Origin: Planctomycetota bacterium | GTDB lineage: Bacteria > Planctomycetota > Phycisphaerae > SM23-33 | NCBI GenBank assembly: GCA_012729725.1 | Contig: JAAYCO010000207.1 | Span: forward strand, 1-62,081 | Direction: 5' to 3' | DNA: 62,081 nt | In this document: in pieces, positions 9,378 to 20,146 of the stretch | How the letters are laid out: every line of letters starts with the position of its first letter | Position numbering within the stretch: position 1 is the first letter of the stretch | Made by a program: the position numbers and the translations under genes | Notes under the pieces: model-generated | The model's input: only the letters and a program-made list of their open reading frames with translations | Databases searched by the model: none | What the model was told of the DNA's origin: nothing

Positions 9378-10127
9378 ATGCAAACCAGAATACTTTACGC
9401 GGGCGACACCACTTTGGCAACCGCCGCAAGCTATCTTGCCGGAGTGATGAAGCATCATGGCTTTGCCTTCGATTACGTCCCCTCCGACCAGCCCCTGCCA
9501 ATGAACCTGCCCTCAGGCGGGCACGGCCTTTACATATTCAGCGACTACCCTGCCGCGAACATCGCGACGCCCTGTGCCGAGGCCATTGTCGATAACATTC
9601 GCCAGGGCGCCGGGCTGCTTATGCTGGGCGGTTGGGCCTCATACCACGGCCTCGACGGCAACTACAACGCATCGCCGCTGGCAAAGGCGCTTCCGGTGAC
9701 GATCTCCGGGACCGACGACCGCATCAACTGCCCCCAGCCATGCCTTGTTGAGAAGCTTTGCGATCATCCCATCCTCGCGGACCTGCCGTTTAACAAACCG
9801 CCGGGCATCGGCGGATACAACAGCTTCGTCGCAAACGCCAACTCGCAAGCGCTGCTGGGCGCAAGGCATTTCGGCGTCAGCTTCGACGGCGGCGGTTTCA
9901 AGTTCTCCAAGGGCGGGCTTGCGCCGCTGCTAGTCGTCGGCGAATACGGCGGCGGACGAACTGCCGCCCTTGCCACCGACGCCGCACCGCACTGGGTCGG
10001 CGGCCTGGTGGATTGGGGCGAGGCTCGCGTCGAAGCGCGTGCCGACGGCGCCGACGCAATCGAGGTTGGCGACTTCTACGCCCGTTTCTTCGCCCAGCTT
10101 ATTGGGTGGACGATGGGCCGAGACTGA
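9378..10127 (+). CDS. Class I glutamine amidotransferase-like (DUF1355-type) protein
   Basis: ILYAGD, IFSDYPA, GLLMLGGWASY, G.GRTAALATD.APHW. Confidence 0.7.
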   Translation: MQTRILYAGDTTLATAASYLAGVMKHHGFAFDYVPSDQPLPMNLPSGGHGLYIFSDYPAANIATPCAEAIVDNIRQGAGLLMLGGWASYHGLDGNYNASPLAKALPVTISGTDDRINCPQPCLVEKLCDHPILADLPFNKPPGIGGYNSFVANANSQALLGARHFGVSFDGGGFKFSKGGLAPLLVVGEYGGGRTAALATDAAPHWVGGLVDWGEARVEARADGADAIEVGDFYARFFAQLIGWTMGRD

Positions 10128-10982
10128 TCACAGCCCCATGTGCACCGTTCGCGGCGGCTCGTCAAAGCGGTTCTTGTACACGATCGGGTTGTAGAACGAG
10201 AATTCAACCGGACGCAGGTATTCCCACGGACCCGCCTTGGCCAGGGAATCAACCAGCGACTGAATCTGCTTCTGCGACTTGAACTCAAGCACGGCGTCGA
10301 GCTTTTTCTTCATCGCAGCCTCGGGAGCCTTGATCCTGAGCTTGGGCGGCGATGGGAAGTTGCAGTAAATGGCAAGCTCGTGAAGGTACGGCGTTCGCTT
10401 GATCGGCTCGCCAAGCTCCGGCCAGATGTCCCCTGCCGCGTGGAAGCAGCTAATGAGCAATTCCCTGTGAACAATCTGATGGTCGGGATGCAGGTCGGCA
10501 TTTGTCGGCAGGAACACCTGGTTTGGCTTGACGCGTCGCAGCAGTTCAGTAAACGAGTTTTGCAGGCCGGTGAATCCCATAACCGCTCCCGCCTCGCCAG
10601 CCGTCGCCGGGCGCCTGCCCTGGAAGAGCGTAAGCTGGCAGTCGGGAAAACCCAGCCAGTGGATATTGGACTTGGGCACGCCAAGCTTGCGAAATGCGGC
10701 GAACGACTCTCTGCGCCTGATCTCGCTGATGTTATCTTTTTCCGCCGCCGAGCAATAGCCCATCGCCCCATCAGTCACGACTGCAACGTGAACGGGCACC
10801 TTTTCCTTCAGGGCGGAGAGAATCATCAGTCCGCCGCCGATCACAACGTCGTCGTCGTGCGGGCTGACGAACAGGAAGCATTCCTGCGCCTGCTGCCAAT
10901 GCCGCGAAACAGATGCAAGCGTCGGACCGACGCGCCTTTCATTGTCGAGCAGCCTGACGAACTCAAACTGTTGCTTAGCCAT
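10128..10982 (-). CDS. PIG-L/LmbE family N-acetyl-sugar deacetylase
   Basis: SPHDDD, TDGAMG, RRRE, LGFPD, DLHPDH metal motifs; GGAGG RBS before ATG 10982. Confidence 0.88.
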   Translation of the reverse strand: MAKQQFEFVRLLDNERRVGPTLASVSRHWQQAQECFLFVSPHDDDVVIGGGLMILSALKEKVPVHVAVVTDGAMGYCSAAEKDNISEIRRRESFAAFRKLGVPKSNIHWLGFPDCQLTLFQGRRPATAGEAGAVMGFTGLQNSFTELLRRVKPNQVFLPTNADLHPDHQIVHRELLISCFHAAGDIWPELGEPIKRTPYLHELAIYCNFPSPPKLRIKAPEAAMKKKLDAVLEFKSQKQIQSLVDSLAKAGPWEYLRPVEFSFYNPIVYKNRFDEPPRTVHMGL

Positions 10983-11016
10983 GTTCTTCCTCCAAATGAG
11001 CCGATGAAGTGAGCAC

Positions 11017-11044
11017 ATTATGTCGCATGCACGGGCATTGTCAA
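11017..11044 (-). promoter_or_regulatory. Putative sigma70 promoter of the PIG-L gene
   Basis: TTGACA-16 nt-CATAAT. Confidence 0.6.
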
Positions 11045-11249
11045 CCCGCCCGGATTTGGGTGTGCGCCAGGCGTGAGGGCCGCGACGGCATTTTCTCGCC
11101 GAAGACCTTCCAACATCCGCAGCCTGCCTTCGGCGCCATTCGTCGCCCGCGCTGTCGGGCCGAAGACGTGTGCCTCCCCTAAGATGATGATGTCCCGAAC
11201 TTGGCAGCAAAGTGGGCGCTTTTTTCAGCAGCGCGCGTAATTTCGCTTC

Positions 11250-11273
11250 AGAAATTCAACCGGTTTGATTTCT
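11250..11273. promoter_or_regulatory. Imperfect 24-bp palindrome, candidate operator
   Basis: AGAAATTCAACC|GGTTTGATTTCT, 10 of 12 positions pair. Confidence 0.35.
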
Positions 11274-11726
11274 AACCCATGGCCGGCAGGGCGCTTGGCA
11301 GCACCCCCAACTTTTTGCATTTTTTTGGTTTTTTCCGGTCATTTTGTCCGTTTTGAGCGGTAAACAGGTTGGCTATTTGCAAATGTCAAGCCACTTGTTT
11401 TCCCACTCAAAAACCCCCGAATCAACCTCATGCATGCTATCAAATCTTAATTTGTAGATCTTCTCATAATTCTCATCGCCACGTTAAAGCCCAGCATGGA
11501 AATGTGGGAACCTAACTGCTATCGCGCAGCGAATCCTCGCCGTTTGCTGTTTTCGTTTGCGTCGTGATCCTCGCAGAAAAGAACAAATACAACGGCGTGG
11601 TTTCGCTGCGCGAAGGTTGTCAGGTCCCCGCAGTGCCATGCGGGGCTTCAGCGATTATCCCGCCCTCAGCATTGTGTAACCTTCGTTAACATCTTCCAGA
11701 GATATTCTTTTTGGCGGCGGGTCGGT

Positions 11727-11735
11727 TGATATAAT
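11727..11735 (+). promoter_or_regulatory. Extended -10 element upstream of the DUF4954-like gene
   Basis: TGA-TATAAT ~70 nt before ATG 11803. Confidence 0.5.
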
Positions 11736-11802
11736 GGCCGCATTGTCCTGACCTCGGCCAGGGACACTTCTATCCTCAAAGAACGCTTGCAGGGAGAAAC
11801 GA

Positions 11803-14064
11803 ATGGGAAGTGTTCAAGTTGTCAGCATGGATGGGTTCGGCAGAGGGTTTATTCCACCGGAATATCTCCCCGCCGGAAAAGACGAGTATTACCTGCGAAA
11901 CGAGCAACTGCCCTTCGATGCGAAGTGGCGTCGGCTGCATGCCCATGAGATCGAAACCCTCGTCAAGATGGGCAACACCTGCGACGACTGGAACCTCTTT
12001 CTCGTCGCCGACCCGTTCGATGCGGGCAGAATCAAGAACAGCCACTTCGTCGGCATGGTGCGAATAGCCCGCCTGGAAAACGTCGTCCTGGAACACCACG
12101 ACCTTCAAACCCCCGCTGGCATCACCAACAGCCTTGTCATCTCGTGCGACGTCGGCGCAAACGCCGCCATCCACAACGTGCGGCACATGGCGCACTACAT
12201 AATCGGCCAGAACGTCCTGCTGCTCAACATTGGCGAACTGCACGTGTCGAATCACGCCAAGTTCGGAAACGGCATTCTGAAGGACGGCGAGGACGAAAGC
12301 ATCCGCATCTGGATGAACCCGATCAACGAGGCCGGCGGAAGGGGAATCATGCCGTTCGACGGCATGACCTGCGGCGACGCCTACTTGTGGGCCAGGTACC
12401 GCGACCGCGGCCGCCTGATGGACCGGTTCGCACAGATCACACAAAAGCAGTTCGATTCCCGCAGGGGGTATTACGGACTAATCGGCGACGGCTGCGTGCT
12501 GAAAAACTGCCAGATCATCAAGGACGTGCGAATCGGACCCGCCTGCTACATCAAGGGCGCCAACAAGCTCAAGAACCTGACGATAAACTCAAGCGCCCAG
12601 GAACCCAGCCAGATCGGCGAAGGCGTCGAGCTTGTCAACGGCATCATCGGCTTCGGCTGCCATATCTTCTACGGATGCAAGGCAGTGCGATTCGTAATGG
12701 GCAACAACTCGAACCTCAAGTATGGCGCCAGGCTGATCCACTCGTTCCTCGGCGACAACTCCACCGTGAGCTGCTGCGAGTTGCTGCACAACCTCATATT
12801 CCCCGCTCACGAGCAGCATCACAACAACTCGTTCCTGACGGCCAGCCTGGTGTTGGGCCAGAGCAACCTCGCCGCCGGGGCAACCATCGGGTCGAATCAC
12901 AACAGCAGGGCCAACGACGGCGAGATCATCGCCGGCAGAGGCTTCTGGCCGGGCCTGTGCACCACCCTGAAGCATTACTGCCGCTTCGCCTCTTTCGTGC
13001 TGCTTGCCAAGGGCGACTATCCATCCGAGATGGACATCCCCCTGCCCTTTAGCCTGCTGAGCAACGACACCTCACGCGACAGGCTTGTCGTTCTGCCGGC
13101 GTTCTGGTGGATGTACAACATGTACGCCCTGGCGCGGAATACGTGGAAGTTCGCGATGCGCGACACCCGCATCACCAAGGTGCAGCAGTTCGAGTTTGAT
13201 TCACTCGCGCCCGACACCGTCGAAGAAATCTTCAACGCCATGTCTCTTCTGGAAAAGTGGACCGCCAAGGCGAAGCTTACCAATGACGGCTGCGATCTCG
13301 AAGAGCAGACGGACGACCAGCTTCGCAAACTCGGACGGGAACTGCTCATGAGCCCCCCCGAGGCGACTGCTGAACTGACCGTGCTTGGCGAGGACATGGA
13401 AGATTCCAACCGTCCCGTCGTGATATTGAAGCATCGCGCCGCATACCACGCCTACCGCCAGATGCTTCACTACTACAGCGTTAAGAACCTGATGCAGTAC
13501 ATGCGGGATCATCCCGCCGCCACGCTTGACAATATGGTCGCCGACCTCGCCGGCCCGCGGCTGCGGCACTGGGTGAACGTGGGCGGCCAGCTTGTTTGCG
13601 AAAACGACGTTGAGAGTCTGCTGGACGACGTGGAAGCGAACAAGCTCGCAAGCTGGACCGACATTCACGCCAGGTATCAATCGCTCGATTCGGACTATCC
13701 TCGCCAGAAACAGGCGCACGCACTGGCGACGCTGCTTGATCTGCTTGGGCTTCGAGCGGCCCAGTTCGGGGCGACCGAATGGCGAAACGCGCTTGATGAA
13801 TGCGTGAAGATTCAAGACTTCATCTGCGAGCAGGTTCACGCCACCCGGCAGAAGGATTATGCGGACAGATTCCGGCAGATGACGTTTCGCAACAAGGAAG
13901 AGATGGAGGCCGTCGTGGGCTCCATCGAAGCCAACTCGTTTGTGAAGCAGATTCGCTCGGAAACTCAGGAATTCGCCCGGCTGGTTGCCGAGATCAAGAA
14001 AGGCGCCAGGAGCGCCGCACGGCATCATCGTCACGATACCGGCGCAAGCGCGCCGCCTGCTTAG
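11803..14064 (+). CDS. DUF4954-family protein (left-handed beta-helix-like repeats)
   Basis: 753 aa; IGDGCVL/IGPACYI/IGEGVEL hexapeptide repeats, HEQHHNNSFL, GATIGSNHNSRANDGEI; family recognised from memory. Confidence 0.7.
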   Translation: MGSVQVVSMDGFGRGFIPPEYLPAGKDEYYLRNEQLPFDAKWRRLHAHEIETLVKMGNTCDDWNLFLVADPFDAGRIKNSHFVGMVRIARLENVVLEHHDLQTPAGITNSLVISCDVGANAAIHNVRHMAHYIIGQNVLLLNIGELHVSNHAKFGNGILKDGEDESIRIWMNPINEAGGRGIMPFDGMTCGDAYLWARYRDRGRLMDRFAQITQKQFDSRRGYYGLIGDGCVLKNCQIIKDVRIGPACYIKGANKLKNLTINSSAQEPSQIGEGVELVNGIIGFGCHIFYGCKAVRFVMGNNSNLKYGARLIHSFLGDNSTVSCCELLHNLIFPAHEQHHNNSFLTASLVLGQSNLAAGATIGSNHNSRANDGEIIAGRGFWPGLCTTLKHYCRFASFVLLAKGDYPSEMDIPLPFSLLSNDTSRDRLVVLPAFWWMYNMYALARNTWKFAMRDTRITKVQQFEFDSLAPDTVEEIFNAMSLLEKWTAKAKLTNDGCDLEEQTDDQLRKLGRELLMSPPEATAELTVLGEDMEDSNRPVVILKHRAAYHAYRQMLHYYSVKNLMQYMRDHPAATLDNMVADLAGPRLRHWVNVGGQLVCENDVESLLDDVEANKLASWTDIHARYQSLDSDYPRQKQAHALATLLDLLGLRAAQFGATEWRNALDECVKIQDFICEQVHATRQKDYADRFRQMTFRNKEEMEAVVGSIEANSFVKQIRSETQEFARLVAEIKKGARSAARHHRHDTGASAPPA

Positions 14065-14067
14065 CTT

Positions 14068-14976
14068 CTACATGAGCAGTTTGTCGGCGTTGTGCTCCAG
14101 AAGGTCGTCAAGCAGCAGCTTTGCCGCCTCGTAGGCGCTGCTTGCTTCTCTGCCGGTGCGAATCATGTCGCCGCCGTCGGGCCGGGAGACCATCGCCAGC
14201 CCCCACCATTGCCCGGCGATTCTCTGAATCAGCACTCCGATGGAGCTTCGGCAACTCGCACCCAGTTGGGCAACGACCATGCGTTCCGCCTCAAGCGACT
14301 GGCGGCTTTCGGGATGATCCAGGACCGATGATGCGCGCGAGGCAATATCACTGGCCTGGGCGATTTGAACCGCCAGCGCGCCCTGCCCGGCTGCGGGTAC
14401 GAAACTCTCCGGTTCCAGAATTCGAATGTGTTGGGCATTGGCCTTCAGCAGTCCGCTGCGCTCCAGGCCCGCTGCCGCCAGAATCACCGCGTGCATTTCG
14501 CCGTTCAATGCCTTCTGAAGCCTCGTTTCAACGTTGCCCCGAAGGGGCGCAATTTGCAGATCGCCCCGCATCATGAGGCATTGAGCCGACCGGCGAAAAC
14601 TCGACGTGCCGACAGTGGCGCCTTGAGGCAGTTGAGAGAAATCCAGGCCACCCCTGCTGACAAGCGCATCACGGGGATCGCCCCGTCTGGGCACTGCCGC
14701 GATGGCGACCGTCTGATCCACAGGCAGGTCTTTGGCGCTGTGAACCGCCATGTCTATGCTGCCGTCCTGCAGGGCCGATTCAAGTTCCTGGGTGAAGAGC
14801 CCCTTGCCGCCGATTTCCGTAAGCGGCCCGGCAAGACGGTCGCCTTTTGTGACGAGGCCGACGATTTCGATCTTGATTTCAGGAAGGCTCGCGGCGATTT
14901 GATCGGCCACGATTCGTGCCTGCGCCATAGCCAGAACGCTTGTTCGAGTTCCGATGCGCAGCGTGGGTTCGTTCAT
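14068..14976 (-). CDS. hemC: Hydroxymethylbilane synthase
   Basis: IGTR.S.LA.AQA, GKGLFT.ELE, VHSAKD, GTSS.RR, RGNV.TRL, LGASC. Confidence 0.95.
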   Translation of the reverse strand: MNEPTLRIGTRTSVLAMAQARIVADQIAASLPEIKIEIVGLVTKGDRLAGPLTEIGGKGLFTQELESALQDGSIDMAVHSAKDLPVDQTVAIAAVPRRGDPRDALVSRGGLDFSQLPQGATVGTSSFRRSAQCLMMRGDLQIAPLRGNVETRLQKALNGEMHAVILAAAGLERSGLLKANAQHIRILEPESFVPAAGQGALAVQIAQASDIASRASSVLDHPESRQSLEAERMVVAQLGASCRSSIGVLIQRIAGQWWGLAMVSRPDGGDMIRTGREASSAYEAAKLLLDDLLEHNADKLLM

Positions 14977-15425
14977 TCTGGTTGAGTGTCCGGCTGCTTT
15001 GCCGCCATTCTTCGGCGGTACTTCTGCACCAGGTTGAAGCGAGCCTGGGCGACGGCAAGCCTTGATGTTTTTGCGTTAATCTCTTCGGCCGATCGCGCGG
15101 GAATGGCTTTGATTCGCTCTATCTCGTCCAGGGCCTCTTTGGGATCTATCTGGTCCATCGCTTCGAACTGATCGGCAAGGACGGTGGTTGCTTCCTCGTA
15201 AACCCGGGCAAAACCGCCGGCGACAAAAAACTCCTGCTGCTTTCCGTCTTTGTCCGAAACCACAAGCGGGCCGATGCCTATCTTGGCGATCAGCGGAGAG
15301 CGCCCCGCAAGAACGCCCACCTTTCCGTCAGCAGCGGTGAACACAACGCGCGTGGCTGCCGGAACAGAGAACTTCTGCTCCAGCGTCATAGCGTGAAAAA
15401 CAAACGTTCGTCGAAATCTTGCCAT
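14973..15425 (-). CDS. atpC: ATP synthase F1 epsilon subunit (divergent)
   Basis: G.VGVLAG..PLI, FFVAGGFA, VLAD, helical C-terminus; position in atp operon. Confidence 0.85.
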   Translation of the reverse strand: MARFRRTFVFHAMTLEQKFSVPAATRVVFTAADGKVGVLAGRSPLIAKIGIGPLVVSDKDGKQQEFFVAGGFARVYEEATTVLADQFEAMDQIDPKEALDEIERIKAIPARSAEEINAKTSRLAVAQARFNLVQKYRRRMAAKQPDTQPE

Positions 15426-15443
15426 GCCGCGTGCGTCCTTACG

Positions 15444-15953
15444 TCAGGAGTAACTTTCCCAGCAGACAACCTCGTTAAGATTCTTTCGGGTGCGAGCCGG
15501 CTGCGATGACGAGGGATAACCAATCGCCATCAGTTCGATGATGACCATCGACTCGGGCACGCCAAGAATTTTCCGGCATTGATCCTGCGGAAAATGCCCG
15601 ATCCAGCACGTGCCCAAACCCTCGGCCGTCGCCGCCAGAGACATATGATCCACTGCAATCGCACAGTCAACGGGATCGGTCTGCACCCCGCAGTGCATTA
15701 CATCCTTGGGCGCGGTTCCAACCACGGCAACGACGGCTGGGGCGCTTGCCAAGGAAGCCTGCTCTGATGCGGACGCCAGAAGGCGTCGCTTGTGGGCGTC
15801 TCGAACCACCACGAACTTGCGAGCCTGCCTGTTTCGTGCGGATGGGGCGTTCCTGCCCGCATCCAGCACCCGAAGAAGCTTGTCTTCTTCGATGGGTTTG
15901 TCCAGGTACGACCGCACGCTGTATCGTTTTTGGATTGCCTCGAACACGTCCAT
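15444..15953 (-). CDS. Nitroreductase family flavoprotein
   Basis: AIQKRYSVRSY, APSARNRQ, GLGTCWIG, IGYP, RK. Confidence 0.92.
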   Translation of the reverse strand: MDVFEAIQKRYSVRSYLDKPIEEDKLLRVLDAGRNAPSARNRQARKFVVVRDAHKRRLLASASEQASLASAPAVVAVVGTAPKDVMHCGVQTDPVDCAIAVDHMSLAATAEGLGTCWIGHFPQDQCRKILGVPESMVIIELMAIGYPSSSQPARTRKNLNEVVCWESYS

Positions 15954-15976
15954 AACGGCTCCTTGGCGTCAGTAGT

Positions 15977-17455
<1,479 letters not shown>

Positions 17456-17482
17456 TCAGAACCAAATCCATTTGCGCGTCAA

Positions 17483-18370
17483 TCATTCAGACATCTCGCT
17501 TCCGCCCATGATTTCCGCCAATTCGGTCGTGATCTGCGCCTGGCGGGCGCGGTTGTACCTGATTGTCAGGTTGCGGATCATTTCCTCGGCGTTGTCGGTG
17601 GCCGCCCTCATGGCGGTCATGCGCGATATCTGCTCGCTGACGGCGGCGTCAAGAAAACACTGATAAAGCTTGAGCCTTACGCTTGCGGGCAGCAGGTCTT
17701 TGAGCACCTCGCCCGGAGAGGGTATAAACTCGTACGGCGTCGGGCGCCTGATTGCTATGCTCACGCGCTCAGGCGCTTCCATCTCGCTCATCGGAAGAAT
17801 CTGGGCAATGGCGGGTTTTTGCCTTCCCGCCGAGACGAACTGCATGTAGGCGACCTCGAGCCCGCTGATCTTGCCCGAAAGAAACTCTTCCATCAGCGCG
17901 TCGGCGAGTTGGTTCACCTCAGCCGGGCGCGGCAGATAATCGAACTGGGGATACTCGACGTCAATCTCCACTCCCCTGGCCCGCAGATGTTGAAGCCCGC
18001 GCCGGCCCGTGCCTCGCACCAGCACTTTAAGATCGGCTGTCTTGAGCTGTTCAAGCCGCTCGACGGTCAACTTGGCGATTGAACCGTTGTAAGCGCCGCA
18101 CAGTCCGCGGTGGCTGCCCAGCACAAGAAGAACTTCCGTACCCACTTCCTTGGCGGGGTGAAGCAGGGGATGACGCAGATCCTTCTCGCTGCTGCGGGCG
18201 ACGGTGTCCGCAATGAGGTCATTCAGCGCGTTGTTGTACGGCCTGGCCCCGTTTGCGACATCGTGCGTTTTCTTGAACCGCGCAGTGGAAACCAGGGACA
18301 TCGTCTTTGTGACGGTGGCTATATTCCGTATAGCTTTGACCTGAGCAAGAATCTTTCGTGCCTTGGCCAT
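17483..18370 (-). CDS. atpG: ATP synthase F1 gamma subunit
   Basis: TKTMSLVST, RGLCGAYN, YNRARQAQITTELAEI. Confidence 0.97.
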   Translation of the reverse strand: MAKARKILAQVKAIRNIATVTKTMSLVSTARFKKTHDVANGARPYNNALNDLIADTVARSSEKDLRHPLLHPAKEVGTEVLLVLGSHRGLCGAYNGSIAKLTVERLEQLKTADLKVLVRGTGRRGLQHLRARGVEIDVEYPQFDYLPRPAEVNQLADALMEEFLSGKISGLEVAYMQFVSAGRQKPAIAQILPMSEMEAPERVSIAIRRPTPYEFIPSPGEVLKDLLPASVRLKLYQCFLDAAVSEQISRMTAMRAATDNAEEMIRNLTIRYNRARQAQITTELAEIMGGSEMSE

Positions 18371-18374
18371 AGAC

Positions 18375-20093
18375 CTAAGCCTTTGCCACCGACGAGGCCG
18401 ACGGGCCTTGAGCCTCGCGCCTCGCCTTTCGCTGCTGGCGATAGAGACCTTCAAGGTACTCGCCGACAATATTCGAGAGCCGCTTCTTTCTGTCCGCCGG
18501 AAGCGAGCGATCCTTGCTGATTTCCGCAAGGATATCGCCATGGCTGGCCTTGATGTGCTCAAGCAAGCCCTGCTCGAAGAACGGAACCTCCTGAAGCTGC
18601 AATTCGTCGAGGAACCCTTCAACGCCGGCGAAAATCGCCACGACCTGCTGGGCCACTTCCTGCGGGTTGTACTGCCCCTGCGTGAGAAGACGAACCATTC
18701 GCTGCCCGCGATCGAGCTGCCGCTGCGAGGCCTGATCGAGTTCGACGCCCAATTGCGAGAACGATTCGAGCTCTCGAAACGCCGCCAGGTCCAGGCGAAG
18801 GCTTTTGGCGACTTCTTTCATCGCGGGATACGCCGCCTTGTATCCGACTCGGCTGACGGATATGCCCGCGTTGATGGCGGGACGAACGCCGGCGAAAAAC
18901 AGCGACGGTTCAAGATATATCTGACCGTCAGTAATTGAAATCAGGTTTGTCGGAATGTACGCCGAAACTTCGCCTTCCTGCGTTTCGCAGATGGGCAGCG
19001 CGGTCATGGATCCGCCGGAGGATTCAAGCCTGCGAACGGTCAGTCTGGCGGCGTCCGGCATGGCCCCAAGCGCCTTTTCGGCTTCCTTTTTGCCTGACGG
19101 GCCGCGATAGAGCTTGCCGTCGACGCCCTGGGCGGTGTTGGCAGGCGCATCGGCGGGCACGATGACAAACTGTTCGGCTAGCTTGCACGCACGTTCCAGA
19201 AGGCGGCTGTGGATGTAGAACACATCGCCAGGATACGCTTCTCGACCCGGCGGGCGGCGCAGCAGCAGGGATATTTGCCTGTAGGCCGCGGCCTGCTTGG
19301 ACAGGTCGTCATACACCACAAGCGTTGGCTTGCCCTGCTTGTACATGAAGAATTCGGCCATGGCGCAACCGCTGTAGGGCGCAACGTATTGAAGCGGCGC
19401 GGGGTCGCTACTGCTTGCCGAAACCACGATCGTGTGCGCCATTGCGCCGTGGGCGGCAAGAGTGTCCACAACGCCGGCGACCGTGGACTCTTTCTGCCCA
19501 ATGGCGACATAGACGCACAAAACGCCTGTGTCTTTCTGGTTGATTATGGCGTCGATGGCGATGGCGGTCTTGCCGGTCTTGCGGTCGCCGATAATCAGCT
19601 CTCTTTGCCCCCTGCCGATGGGCGTCATGCTGTCCACGGCCTTTATGCCGGTCGTAAGCGGCTCTTCCACCGGCTGGCGCTCGGCGATTCCGGGGGCCTG
19701 AATCTCAACGCTTCTTGTCGCCGACGCGGCGATTGGACCTTTTCCATCCAGCGGCCTGCCAAGCGGATCAACAACACGACCGAGCAGTTCAGGCCCAACG
19801 GGAACTTCCAGCAGCCTTCCGGTGCTGCGAACCGCGTCGCCTTCCTTGATGCTCTGGTAATCGCCGTAGATAACAGCGCCGATCGAGCTTTCTTCGAGAT
19901 TGAAAACCTGGCCCATGGCCCCGTTTTCAAAGCTCAGCATCTCGCCGGCCATGGCGTTCGAAAGGCCGTACACTTGGGCGATTCCGTCGCCAACCTCCAG
20001 AACCCGCCCCACGTGGGCGACGTCCAGTTCAACTTTGTAGTTCGCGATCTCTTCGCGGATAATGTTCGTGATTTCGTCAGTGTTGAACTTCAT
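18375..20093 (-). CDS. atpA: ATP synthase F1 alpha subunit with ~50-aa insertion
   Basis: [34 protein letters not shown]. Confidence 0.99.
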   Translation of the reverse strand: MKFNTDEITNIIREEIANYKVELDVAHVGRVLEVGDGIAQVYGLSNAMAGEMLSFENGAMGQVFNLEESSIGAVIYGDYQSIKEGDAVRSTGRLLEVPVGPELLGRVVDPLGRPLDGKGPIAASATRSVEIQAPGIAERQPVEEPLTTGIKAVDSMTPIGRGQRELIIGDRKTGKTAIAIDAIINQKDTGVLCVYVAIGQKESTVAGVVDTLAAHGAMAHTIVVSASSSDPAPLQYVAPYSGCAMAEFFMYKQGKPTLVVYDDLSKQAAAYRQISLLLRRPPGREAYPGDVFYIHSRLLERACKLAEQFVIVPADAPANTAQGVDGKLYRGPSGKKEAEKALGAMPDAARLTVRRLESSGGSMTALPICETQEGEVSAYIPTNLISITDGQIYLEPSLFFAGVRPAINAGISVSRVGYKAAYPAMKEVAKSLRLDLAAFRELESFSQLGVELDQASQRQLDRGQRMVRLLTQGQYNPQEVAQQVVAIFAGVEGFLDELQLQEVPFFEQGLLEHIKASHGDILAEISKDRSLPADRKKRLSNIVGEYLEGLYRQQRKARREAQGPSASSVAKA

Positions 20094-20146
20094 AGTTCAT
20101 CCGATTAATTCGCCTTCAGCGATTGGCCGGGCATCCATTTGCCGTT

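Noticed and set aside
8086-9501. N-terminal extensions in the ORF track for pfp, PIG-L, atpG, rplN, rplV, rpsL, nusG, secE and CapA
   Set aside because: Downstream starts match the family N-termini, usually with a clear RBS, and many of the extensions overlap neighbouring genes or promoters. SecY differs because it has no alternative start.
10983-11802. Replication origin or small peptide gene (MEMWEPN..., 23 aa) in the long spacer
   Set aside because: No DnaA-box cluster is seen; the small ORF has no RBS or recognisable features.
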